Below are positions 19,776-43,194 of a DNA stretch of 64,000 nucleotides, one piece after another (the first letter of the stretch is position 1; each line of letters begins with the position of its first letter). The DNA is taken from the NCBI RefSeq assembly GCF_009914755.1, contig NC_060930.1. One strand, written 5' to 3'. Below the pieces are notes generated by a model. The model had not been told where the DNA came from. It ran no database searches and saw only the letters and a list, made by a program, of their open reading frames with translations. Made by a program: the position numbers and the translations under genes. Source of the stretch: the human T2T-CHM13v2.0 reference genome, Homo sapiens.

Positions 19776-21723
19776 TCCATTTATTTCTATTCTACAGATC
19801 GTTTCTACTATTTGAGGGATTATGTAAGATAAATTACAATTTCTGCATTATAACAACTCTGGTGGTTTAGGGCTCTCTAAGAATCCCGAAGGATATGCTG
19901 TCTTACATACAAGGAGATGATACAACTGGCCCATGGACATAATTAATCCCATGTCCACTTTAATTTGAGATTTGGTTGGTCATCTACCCCACCGCCCACT
20001 ACCCCATTTTCAAACAATTCTGTGGTTGGCAAAATCTTTCTAGTTTATTGCTTCCCTCTAAAGATGGATGGGTCATGTTACTGATATGAAGAGAATTAGA
20101 CATGAATATCAAGGTGATCCTGGTATCTTGAGATGTCCTTCACATACCAGATTGTTGACGCTATAGTCTCTACTCACTTTCTCTAATTCGTTAATGCCCT
20201 TCCCAGTCCTTAAGGTTTATTACCTGCCCCTGCTTCTTCTTGGTTCCCATATCCCATATCAGCAGCTCAGCTTGCCACCAATTTGATAATGAAAAGTGAA
20301 GCTCCCCAATACAAATTTCCTTAAACTCTGCTCCCTCACCCTCCAGACTGACATATTCATACCAAATTTACCTTCTTTACCCAGTTTGGAAAGAGAGTCT
20401 CCCTCTTCTTACCCCAAAATAATCATTCACGCTCTATATCCCATTCTTGATCTATCAGTTTTCTGTGTTTTGTATTCTGTGGTCTTCAATCTCCCGTCTC
20501 CTTTCTCTCAGTATACAAATATGCTTAAGTGTTGTCCATTTTTAGTGGGGGAGAGGGAGAATCTTCATAGCTTATCTTGTTGACAGTCTTTCTTCCTTTA
20601 TTCCTCATTTCTACTTCCTCAACTGTTATTTACTCCTCAACTCATTGAGTCTAGTTTTTCTGCTCATCATTGTACTTAACGTTTATGCTAAAGTTAGCAC
20701 TGTCATGCAACTGCCAAATCTTCTGGACACTTGGATTTTATGTAATTTTCCTGTGACATTTGACACTGTTGCCTGTGCTTGCATTCCTGAAACTTCTTCA
20801 GACTTGAGTTCTATACCACTCTACCCTCTCTTCTTGTTTCACGCCTCCTGATTCTTTCATCTTCGTTTTTGTTGTCCACCTCTTAAGAATTCTGTCCTTT
20901 GCTCTTTTCTTACTCTTTATGCTCTCCCTAGAAAATCTCACTCATCCCCATGGATTCGACTTCTGCTTTCACCTTCCTGACTCTCCCTAAACCTACACAG
21001 CTCCCTGCCTCATGATGATCATCTAAATGTCCCACAAGAATTCTGAACTTGATACATCTACAACTGAATTTATTCTTTTCCTTGCCCTTCAACTTCATTC
21101 TTATTGAATGGCATCACCAACACCCAAGCGCCTGTCAGAAATCTCATATTCATCCTAGACTCCTCTCTCATGACCTTTTTAATTGCCCACAAAGTTCTTC
21201 AGATTCCTCCTAAATGCATCTCAAATCCATCTCCAGGTCACTGCTGAAATCTCTGTCACTCCTACAACTCTCATTAGGTTCTATTTCCAGTCTCATTATC
21301 TCCTTCCCTCCCCTTCTAGTACATCCACGATGCTATTTAATTCTCTTAAACTTCTTCGCATCTCTTGCTCTTTTCTCAATAAAAGCTAATAAGAATCTGA
21401 AGAGCCTTCTTTTTCATTTCGGTGACATTTTCTTTCTGGCACTGACTGCTTCCATCTTATCATTGAACTTCGTGGGATGGGCCTGATTCATTGTTTGTTG
21501 GGTCCATGATATGCTCAGAACTCTGTTCTGTGCTTTTGAGTTGATCTCTCAAAACCACTCTGAAAGGTGGTTTTTGTTTTTGTTTTTGTTTTGTCTTTGT
21601 TTGCCTTATGATGGTGGTGGTTTTATTCTTGCAAATGAAAAGGCAGACTCAGAAATGAAGACACTTTCTCAAGGTCACAAAGTAAGATGCAGAGCAGGGC
21701 TCAAGTCTAATTTCCATTAACTG

Positions 21724-21955
21724 ACAGCAAGGTTTCTCAACACTTGCACCATACACATTTTGGGCTGATTAATTCTTTGTTTCAGCAGCTGTCCTGTGCA
21801 TTGTAGGAAGTTTAGTAGCATCTCTGGCTCCTAGAAGCTAGAAACCAGTAGCCAACCCTGTCCCCTACCATTTGTGACAACAAAAAATGTCTCCATATAT
21901 TTTCAAATGTCCCCTGGAGAGAGAAGACAAAATCTTCCCAGTTGAGAGCCACTGC
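21724..21955. mobile_element. MER20-like hAT MITE
   Basis: ggtttctcaac...ctgtcctgtgcattgtagga...gttgagagccactg with inverted ends. Confidence 0.75.
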
Positions 21956-22646
21956 TTTAACTTTCTACCATAACCCGTAGATATGGGCTAGAGCTCCAGG
22001 CCTGCCATGAATTTACTTTATAATTTCTCAGGTGAAAACTTTGCCTTTTCAGGTCCTGTTTCCTATAGTACAATAATTAATACTTCTTGTTTTCTGCATA
22101 GACTCAGCCAAAAGAGAATCATGGAAATGGTGGTGTGAGTGGAAACGGGGAGTTAAGAAAACTGAGATGTTCCAACAGCACACATGTTGGGAGCATAATA
22201 CATGTTCTCTTACAGAGGAAGCAATATAGAGCAAGCCCACATTCCAGAGCCCTGAGAAGGCAAATGAAGGCTAAGAGGTATTTTCAGGGAAAACAAAGCT
22301 ACATGTACACAATGCCCTATTCAGCAGGGAATAAATACTTCAATGTCCTTGGTTTTCAGAACACAAACAAAATTGTATTAAATAAAAAGGATTCTTAAGC
22401 CTACCGGAAAGGTTAATGTCTTTATGAATTATTAAAACAAAGCCCCAAAGATTAAAAAGGAAAAAATATGTTTCCCTATGACATGTATCATTGGGCGTTT
22501 GTCTGTATTACTCAAGAGGATATTTATGTAATCTTACTAAACATTTGAAAGTACCTTGTTGGGCATTTTAGAGGTAGGAGGAAGGTAAGAGACTGTGTTG
22601 CTAAAAGAAAGGCAACAAAAAAAAAGTGACTGATCTTTGAATATAA

Positions 22647-23009
<363 letters not shown>

Positions 23010-23269
23010 CCTATTTTCAAAGGATGGAAAGACAATGGCATTTTTATTCTTTACAATAAGAATATACAAAATTAAATCTGAAAAAAATAAACCTAATAAA
23101 CACTATGAAATCAGAGACCTATCACTCTTTCATATGTATATATTTGGTTCTTGTAACAATTGGAGAAAGCTGTTTATAGAATAATGTTTACAAAGCAAGC
23201 CAATTAACGGACATCTGGAAGGTTACCATGTCGGAAAATCATATAGTGAATCCTTTTAAATCTTTCTTG

Positions 23270-24180
23270 CCTCTACATATATGTCAATGACTCCCAAATT
23301 ATGTATCTCCAGTGTGGACCTCTCATCTCTGACTTTCAGCTGCCTTCTTATCATCTCCAATAGGATGTCATCTCATAAACTTAAAATATTCAAAAGTGAA
23401 ATCTTGCCAGTACTTTCTTCACTTTATGAAGCACCATCCAAAGCACTGATCCTTCTCAGTGTTCTCTGCTTCAGTAAACTGCACCACCATCCGCCCAAGT
23501 GTTGAAGCCAGAAACTTGGAAGTCATTCTTCATCCTTCTCTCTGCCTCAAACCCCACATCCAATCTACACTCAAGGCCAAAGTTTTTACCTTTGAAATAC
23601 ATACCAAAACTTTTCACTCTTTTCATCTGCGCTTCCACCACTCTAATCCATGCCACCTTCATCTCCTGCCTGGAACACCGTAATAGCTTCCTATCTGTCA
23701 CTCTGTTTCTCATTCTTGCCCTCTCCAACCCATTATCCATTCAGATTAACTTTTAAAATGGAGACTGTATATTCTCATTTCTCTGCCCTACCATGGTTTT
23801 CTGTTGCATTGAGGGTAGGGGAAAAAAGGCCAAACACTTATCTGGACAACAATAGCCTGTGTAGTGGTGCCCATGCCTGCATCTCCAACCTTGTCTTGCA
23901 CATCTCCAAAGGATACTGGATTCCAGACATGCTTTCCTTCCTTCAGTTTCTCCTTTAGACACTACATCCATTCTGTTCCTCCTTCCTGCAATACTCTGGT
24001 CCCCTTAACCTGAATCAGAGTGGCTTTCCCTGACCCCACTAATCTAAATTAGGTCTTCCTTGGTATTCTTGTTCATTATGTTGGCTTTTTTTCCCTCATG
24101 CCACTTATAAGTTGTAATCATATACTTGTTTTCGTGATTAATATCTGTACAGACCACAAGTTCTTTAAGAGAAGGAACTA
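23270..24180 (-). mobile_element. Degraded L2 LINE fragment (similar fragments about 1250-2400, 3350-4460, 7000-8200, 20300-21400)
   Basis: Typical L2 phrases (gactcccaaatt..tatctccag, cttggaagtcattcttcatcc, taatagcttcctatctg); boundaries approximate. Confidence 0.6.
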
Positions 24181-25483
24181 GAGTTGCCAGATGAAGCAAA
24201 AATGTAGAATGCACAGGAAATTTTGAATTTCAGATACTACACATAACAATTGATTCTCATTACGCCAATTTACCAAGCAAGCTTCTGAGTAATAATTTTT
24301 TTCATGCTGAAATTGTTTATGCTGTGCAAGGAAGTCCTCCTGAAATTAGATACAAGAGTTCCAGTTCCTGGAGATGCATTTTATAGATCAGGTCTCTGGG
24401 CTTGGCTCATGTGGATGAATCCCTTAGAATAGATTGAGTAAACAATGTGCCTGACTTTCTGAACTTTTGGAAATGAGTGCCAGTTCTGACTGTGGTGACA
24501 CTGTTGAAACCCCTGTTGAGCAGCCCACTTGTTCTTCTCTTATTGCAGGATGAGCTTTGCCACACCAGCAACTTCTTGCCCAACACTGGAGGCTTTAACT
24601 TCCTGCGAGGTTCAGGCAATGTCAAGCTGGCCTCTGGGAGGAAGACAGGCAAGGCTACCTGCATAAATACTGTCCAAAAAGCCCTTGCACTGCTGGGAGC
24701 CAGAGAGCTGCTTCGTCATTCCCCAAAAGTGCTGGTTTGAAACTTGTGTTCGAGGAGCACTGGATTTCCAATTGCCTTGCAGACTGCCAGCGACACTCCC
24801 TGAAAAATCCTTCAGCCTTCATACACAGCTCCTTTCACCTCTTAGTAACAAAATGCTCATCCTTGGGCACTTGACCATTTATGCAGCATTTCACAGCATC
24901 TCATCCAATGCTTACCTCCATCCTCAGTAGTAAGCAGGATGTATGGTACAACCTTCATTTTAGTGATGGAAGAACTGAAAAACTCAAAGAGGTGGGATAC
25001 TCATCCAACACTCCCAATAAGTCAGTAGCAAATCCAGCAGTAGAAGAACCCAAGTTCTGCCTGGCTAGTTTCTACTCTCCCCTGAGTGCTGGATTCTCTG
25101 GTACATTCATAACTCTGTTCTGCCTTGCACACAAATCATCTAACCCCTGAAGAAAAGCATTTCCTCCCAGGGGCATCTTTCCATCTCTGAGTCCTGTTGT
25201 GCCTGCTGACACTAGCAAACTCTCATTCCCCATCTGAATGAGGCATTTTTATTTTTGAAGATGGCCTATTTGGAAAATCCCTAAAACAGTGTTTCCCAAA
25301 CCCAGGATCTGTGGCCCACTGAGGGTTTGTTGTTATATTCTTAAGTGTCTACAAGAAGTTTATATGTACGTTCATATTCCTAAGCTTTTAAAAAACAAAC
25401 AGAAAAGCAAAAAAGCTGAATGACCAGCTCATATTTAAGGACTGCCAGAGGATTTCAGCATTTCTGCACTCATATTTATGAGC

Positions 25484-25690
25484 ATTCTGCAAACTACACA
25501 GCACTCAGGCCCAATCCAGTCCACCACCTGTTTTGTAAATAACACTTTTTGAGACTCAGCCACGCCTAAATGTTTACTGTTGTCGATGGCTGCTTTCATG
25601 CTAGAACTGCAGTGTGGAGTAGTTGCGACAGAGACAGTATGGCCCTCAAAACCTAAAATATTTACTATCTCACCCTTTGCACAAAACATT
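25484..25690. mobile_element. MER58A-like hAT MITE
   Basis: gcaaactac...cctgttttgtaaat...ggccctcaaaacctaaaatatttactatct. Confidence 0.7.
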
Positions 25691-26601
25691 TACATAGTAC
25701 TTAAAATCATAATGGAACCAAGTACCAGAACTTTAATTATTTTAGCCTATGAGAAACAACACATAACGGGTATGCTCAAGAGAAAGCCAAATAAATGAAG
25801 CCACGATGGGTAGATGTACAGCAGGAATGAAGCCTGCTAGTAGTTTGATTGGAGACGAGTGGTAGACGACAAACAAGCCATTACCTGGCCCACAGAACAA
25901 GTGAGCCTAGCTTCAAAGAATCAGGCTTCTATAGTCAGTAGCTGGTTCTCTCAATGAGCAGTGATTTAGTTTCAGCAACATGATGTCTTTTGTCTGTTAA
26001 ACTTTAATTATTTTAATTGTACTCGTTTTGTAATGTTCAATTTTTATTTTGTAAATATAGATGCATAAGAGCCATAAATCTACAAGTAGTTTTAGGTTTG
26101 ATACATGTAAATAATTGTATATTAAAAAAATAATATAAAAAACACTTCGACACTGGGAATCCATGAAATACTGAGTAGAAAGAACAGTACCCACATAGGC
26201 CAACACATGTGCATACACACCACTTGCAAGGTTTTTAAATTTCCTGTATAAGCATTGTCATTTTTAGAGAATCCCCTATTAAAAACAGTGCTAAAGTTGC
26301 CCTCCATCCACACAGAAAATGTCCCTAGAAGATCCTGGACTGCTCCTCTGTTCCCCCTCGTCCTGCTCATTCACATCAGCCCTCACACTTTTTGCTCAGG
26401 CCTGGCATTCTTTCTTGGCTACACCCTCTGAAAGCTCTAGAGTCAACCACACATTCCACATAGGCAACCTTACTTCGTGGCAGCTTATCCAGAAAGAGCA
26501 CATGTGATGCGGCACAAAACTGAATGGCAGTATGATGAGGTTTGCAATAATTTGGATAACTTCTCTTACTGGAACTTTTTAAAAAGTAATGACTACCCAC
26601 T

Positions 26602-26712
26602 TACAAGAAATGCAATTTTCCCATTAAATAGACAAAACTACAAGAAATGCAATTTTCCCATCAAATAGACAAAACTACAAGAAATGCAATTTTCCCATTA
26701 AATAGACAAAAC
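26602..26712. repeat. 37-bp minisatellite, 3 copies (TACAAGAAATGCAATTTTCCCATTAAATAGACAAAAC)
   Basis: Copies at 26602, 26639 and 26676; one T>C difference in copy 2. Confidence 0.97.
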
Positions 26713-27644
26713 CTATCATAAGAGAAATAAGCTTAACTTACCTCTTTACACAGATGTGGAGATTAATAAGAGATCCAGTCAGTTACTCATTTGATTTAAA
26801 AAAGCATGAGTTGGTTATATTGTTTCCCTGAGAGCAAACTAGTGCTTTAAGCCCAGTGGTTTCCAAGGTAGTGTAAGCCAAACAGGTGTAACCTGATCAT
26901 TTGTTTTGGCACATAACTTAGATGAGAATTCCTGGGTTTCTGCTGTTTTCAATATGTATTGAAAGAGAACTGAAACTGGAAAAAATCCAAAATCGCTCAT
27001 ATACACGCAGTTCATTGAATATTACTTTGTATAAAACCTTGCTATCATCTACACAAAGAAGCTGGAACAATGAGAGTGTGTTTCATCTCTTTAAATGATT
27101 TTCCAACATTTTATCAAAAGCTACTTACCAAAATTCAATGAGCAAAATAACAATTTAAGTTAATTTATCTTTGATGAGCTTAATTTAACTTCACTTCATA
27201 AGTCCTATTCTTGGAAATCCAGAAAGTAAAAGGGCATAGTTTTCATTTTCATATTTTTAATAAATGTATACTATTATAAAAAAAGCTAATAGTACAGCAG
27301 TAGAGAGAAGTAAAAATCACTTTCCCAACCCCAGAAATCATTGATAACAGACATTTTCTATGTATATAAAAAACAGATGAGAGAGAGAGAGGGAGTGATT
27401 TAAAGTACTTTATCCTTTTATGGAACCATTTCTAGGCATGAGGTCATCTAAAATTAAAGATATGTAGAAATGAAAACAAAATTATTTCCTGCTAGAATGA
27501 GAATAGCTTAGGAAGAGAATTTTACAGTTGGAAATGTTTTAGATGGTATGAAATTTAACACCTTCATTCCTTCATTTTAGAGATGAGAAAACATAACCAG
27601 AGAGTGGCCTGCTTTAGGTCTCAGAGCCAGCATGAAAAGTATAG

Positions 27645-28337
<693 letters not shown>

Positions 28338-31300
28338 TGATAAGATCCCAAAGTCTTGTCTCTGGAATTGTTTGTCCCTTTCAGTTTCCACTCCTTTGTT
28401 TATTACTGGCACTCACCAGACTTTATCCATGACCTTAAAGCATCACCTGTTTGTGCTAAGACACCTTCTGCTAGCAGCAGCGGGGCTGAGGACGTTTGTT
28501 GTTGCCACAACCTTGAAGGTGACTGTACTGAAGCCCCAGGCACTGATGATTCAGAGGATCCCAGCCTTCTAAAAATGTCAGCACTAACCCAAACAAAGGT
28601 AGCATGCAAGAATCCAGTATGACAGAGGTGTAATTTTCCAGACAAAGATCCCTCCAGTATCTTGCAGTATCTCACACAGAAGCTGGAAGACGGAGAAATT
28701 ACCAGGGGCTGGGGTTGATCAGAAGAGGTTCTATGGAGAGCAGGTTACAAGTTGGATCTTTATGGAAAGAGAGGCATTAACATGGGCATATTATGGACAC
28801 AGTGCCTCTGCTACACTTTTGACAAAGGGATTTAATTCTTCCACCTCCATCTTTGGTTTGGGAGAAACAAATATAATAATGACCACAGAAAGAGTGGAGC
28901 ATTGTAATAGAAAATAACACCATATTGAAGTCAAAAGGCTAAGGATAAAGCGAAATAAGAAAGGCAGAACTGGAGAAATGGGATGAATACTATAAGCCTC
29001 ATTCTTCTCTGCCCCTTTTGGATTTCAATTTTAATAGTTGCCTCTTCAGTGTGAATATGTGACGCTGCAAGATAATCAGAAAGTGCACAGCCCAGAGCAG
29101 ACAAAGGCAGTGTAAGCCAGAGCCTTTGAATGACTGGTGTGTCCCCCTCAATGAACCACACAAGGGTGGAGGCTGCAGGAAAACACATCTGAGTGATCAC
29201 TCTATCGAGAAAGACCACAGAGTTGTGTTGAATGCAGATGCCCTATGAGAAGAACATGGTCAAGGTTCTAAGCATTAGCACCAGAGCTGGCTGCAGTGAT
29301 GGAGGTATAAGCACTATTATGCATTGGGAACCATCACACATGTAGAACTGTGCTTTAAACTTGACCTTTATTTCTCAGCAGTATCCCTCCCAAGAGAAGC
29401 CAGGGGTTCTGGTCTTTTTTGCACTGGTTAGAGGCAGTTGGAGCACTGTGTTTTGTTCTGGCCTGAATAGGGCCTTTGACAAACTCAAGTAGGTCTAAAA
29501 GACAGTGACCAGGGTGATGAGGACATCCCTAACTATGTCATAGAAAGAAGGATTGTAGCAACTTGAGATGTTTAGCCTGGAGAGGCAAGGTACGGGGGAG
29601 TTACTTATCAGAATTTGGTGTCATTTCTAATTCCAGGTTTGTTTGTTTTTTTCCCCACAATACATATCCATCCCATAGACTCTGAGTTCAAACAAACTGG
29701 GCTTGGAATCCTGGACTTATTTCTTACTTAACTTCGTAGCCTTGCTCAAGATGCTTGACTTCTCTGAACTTCCATTTCCTTGTCTCAAAATGGGAAAAGC
29801 ATTCCTTGCTTCACAGTGTTTTTATAATGGTTAAATGAAACAACAGCTGCTCAATAGATGACAGCTATCATTATCTTTGTAAGCAACACTGACCTTTGGT
29901 TGTATAATTTCCTGGCCAAAAAAAAAAATGGCATAAGAAATGAGAGAAGTATGCATAGATTTTGGGGAAAAAAACAACTACCTTTTGTACTGGGCAGCAA
30001 AACACTTGTGGGGAGGGCTGCCTCCACATCTCAGAACAACTACTTTTTGGTACAATTTGGAAACATAAGATACCTACATGAAGAAGGAAGTGCCTGGCAA
30101 TTCTCAGTTATACCAGTAGTAGGAGATTATTTGTAGCATCTAGAGCAACTTCAGGAATGCAATAATCATTACTTAGTAATGATTGACATTTGTGACATCA
30201 AATCTGTCAAATGACAAGTGTTTTTGAGGTTTCCTGTTCAGGGAAGAATGGGGTGAAGGGCTCTGTGCCTTCAGCTGCTGCCTCTTCTGGTGCCATAGGT
30301 AGTTCATCCATCTTCTGCCTGATGTAGGAAAGAATGGAGGGGAAATACTCTGTGGGTACAGAATATCTGAGGGGCATAGAAATGGTCACATTTTAGCACC
30401 ATTTCTATATCTGAAGTGAGTTTTCAACCTTTTTCAAATGAAAATGTGAGTCTTGATCTCTTGATTTTAATCACAGTTCATTGCTGCCTGGCAATCTAGT
30501 GGCATGAAGGACGTTGCCCCACACCATGGCTGACCGTCAGCAGAGCCACCGCTCTGGTCCCAGCCAGATACCCTGTCTCCTCCCAGAAATTGAAGGGCTC
30601 ATATTTTCAATATTTGCACTTAAAGCATTAAATATGTTCTAAGCAATTTCCATGTCCAAGAAATGTTTTGAGATCTTATTTTTCCTAAGAAAGAAGAACT
30701 CACATATTACCTAACATCAATTTAGCTACCACTGCCTCAGACCTTTCAGGGTTTGACAGGGCTTTAAGTTGATGATGGCATGTGCCTCCAGCCCTAATTA
30801 GTTTTCTGGTTGTTGAGTCAACAAATGAAAAGCCATATTTCACTCTTCAGCGTTTTGTGGATCTTAAGAAAACAAGTGTGCAGTATCAGAAAACATTTAG
30901 AGCCAACTAATGTATTTGCTGTATATACAGTACAATAGTGACTATAGTCAGGTGACAGATAAATCTAGGATTTTATCTTGCTCCTTCCTTATTTGAATTT
31001 GCTTAAGAAAAACTGTGTGTGCACAGGGATGTTAATGCAGGTGTTGGGAAACAAACAAAAAATTGATCTCCACCAACTTTTGCCAAATAAACAATTCTTA
31101 ACCACTTTCACACATACCCCCAAGAAGAATCCTATTTTAAGAGTTAAATTTTATATAGAGACATAAACACAGGCAATAGAATCCTATTCTAGAAAATTTA
31201 TATAAATCCTTATACTTTAAATGTACCCTGTAGATTAATATATGAAACATAAATATGGACATAAGTAATGATCTCCCATCTAGAGTGATTGGAATAGACT

Positions 31301-31729
31301 CATTGCAACTATATCTTCATTATGTCCTCAGGAATTGTTGCCCTAATTATCTGGCAATAATGTGAAGGTATTGGGTAACAGCGTCTGACAGGTAATAGGT
31401 ATTTAATGAATGTTAGTTCAATTTAAGGTTAAAGAGGAAAAGTATAAATAATATTACAAGTGTGTTGGACTGAAGACTTGGAGGGAAAGAGAGAAAGGAT
31501 TTGGGGAATAACTATTACTCTTTTGTTCCTCCTCTTGGGAAGTCCTATTGACATGAGACTATTAGGGGAAGGGGGTTGATGTGGTACTGAATCTCTCCAA
31601 GATCGTATGTATGAATTTATATAAAGGGAAAAGACCTAGCCATCTTTTCTTGGTCTATGATTATTTCAGAGCCGACATTCTAAATTAGCCAACTCTTTGC
31701 AGGGGCTGATCTTTAATAATATTTAAATA

Positions 31730-32480
31730 CAAGGTAGATTTACCCTGAAGCTAATGAAGTTTAAGCTTCATGGCCCCTGTCAGGCCCTGGGAAGGGCCTG
31801 GGCAGTATGTTCTCATAGTAACATGTTTCTGTAAAATCTGCAAATACATTTTAACCATAATCAGTCAAAACAGCTGTCTCTTTCTACTGTAATTTTTCCT
31901 TCATTGCACTTCCCCTCCTGTTAGATAGAGTTGGAGTGGCCACAGGACCCAACGAAGGGTTTGGGTAAGCTAATTTGGGCTTAGTTTTGATTTAGTGAGG
32001 TGTATTTATGTGGTTCACATTCAATCATATTTACAGTTAATTTATGGCTATGTGTTATGGTATAGGGGTAGCTTCCAAGAATCATACTACCTCCCACTGT
32101 GCTGACTCACCCAATGTTGTAACCAAAGGAGCAGAGATCAATGTCTCATTGCAATTTGGATGTGTCCAGTGATACCCAGCATCAAAAGAATGTGAGTTTG
32201 GAAGAGAAATATATCAAGGCAGATTTTAGTCTGTGGAAAAATCTTCCAAATATGGAGAAACTTAATGGAAGTTTTCCACAAATTGATCATTCCCAGTGTA
32301 AATATTATTAGTAAAAAGTAATCAGAAAAAAGAATATAAAATTAAAAATTGTTAATAATAAAAAGCACATTTTAAACAACTACACTAGAGAAATGACTGA
32401 ATTATCTTTGTTGATTCTCTAGAGAAAATTTAACCAAGTTACTGTCACATGAAAAGGCAATTGAATATACAGAAAATAAA
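31730..32480. mobile_element. hAT-Tip100 (Zaphod/MER115-like) fossil
   Basis: gatttaccctgaagctaatgaagtttaagcttcatggcccc resembles the recalled terminus; extent uncertain. Confidence 0.45.
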
Positions 32481-33504
32481 AGCTCCTTAAGGAATTTAGT
32501 CTAGTAGATTATAGAAACATTTCTAGGCTTCCACAAATGATTACAGTGTCATGAGGCAGGAGCTTCTAGTAGGATGAGCACTGAGTTAGTGGTGCTCCTC
32601 ACTCCACCTGGACAGGCAGGGTCAGGGCAAATGAGGAGACTGGGTTTGAGGACTTAAAGATTTTGTAGAAACAGTTCACTTGACCCTAGAATGCAGGGCC
32701 ATCTTTCTCTTTGGTTTTCTTATGATGATCCTCCAGAGAAGGGCTTGTCTTGGACAAGGCAAGGAGATAAAGAGTGTTTGAACAACTCTGTCACCAGAAT
32801 TAAAGAGGTTTGATCAATCAAAAGTAAGTAAAAGTGTTCTGGTCCTTGAAAGCAGGTATTGGCTGGAGTCAGAGACAGAATCAAAGGGAATGGAGGGCTC
32901 TCCTCCTATTGGCTATGACAGATTTGTGGCCAATCAATCCTCTAGCTGAGAACAACTAGAATGGCTAATATAACTAAAAAACAAAACAAAGTTAAATTGT
33001 CTGAAGGCATCAGAGAGCCACCAGTGTAACTGGGGATTGTGGAACCAAGATCACTGAGAGAAAGAAAATTCACTGAAGCCAACCCAACATTCACCTTCTC
33101 TATTTCCCTTAGGTTTTCACTGATATAGAAGCAGCACAGGCCAAGAAGTGGAGAACCAAGAGGAAAGTGAATACTGTCAGGTTGAGGACTGAAGTTGAGC
33201 TATTGGCATATCTTGGTGCTAGTGAGTTAAAATTAGTCTTCAGTGTTTGCCAACGTAAAGAAGTCCTGGTACATACCCCAGAATTTCAGTAAGGCAAATA
33301 AGAAATGAAAGGGCTGAAATCCAACTCTAAATCACATGGAGTCCTTATCTGATGAAGATGATATGTTCCTACTCTGTGTCTCAGAAGCTAAAAACAAAAC
33401 AAAACAAAAAAATACTTCTCAAGAGGAAAACAGCATTATCTAGAAAGAACTAACTTCTATAGTGTAAAATGCATAATTTCAGCCATTTAATCAAAACCAT
33501 GGAA

Positions 33505-35712
<2,208 letters not shown>

Positions 35713-35846
35713 AACAGACTGACAAGCATCCAGATACTGATGTTAGTTAATACGGACTTTAAAATAGCTATTAATGTATTCAAGAAAATAAATGACAAGA
35801 TGGAAAATTTCATCAGAGGATGAAAATACATTTAAAAAATCAATTA

Positions 35847-43181
<7,335 letters not shown>

Positions 43182-43194
43182 AAAAAATCAATTA

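Noticed and set aside
26602-26712. 37-bp repeats as a CRISPR array
   Set aside because: No spacers; head-to-tail minisatellite in primate DNA
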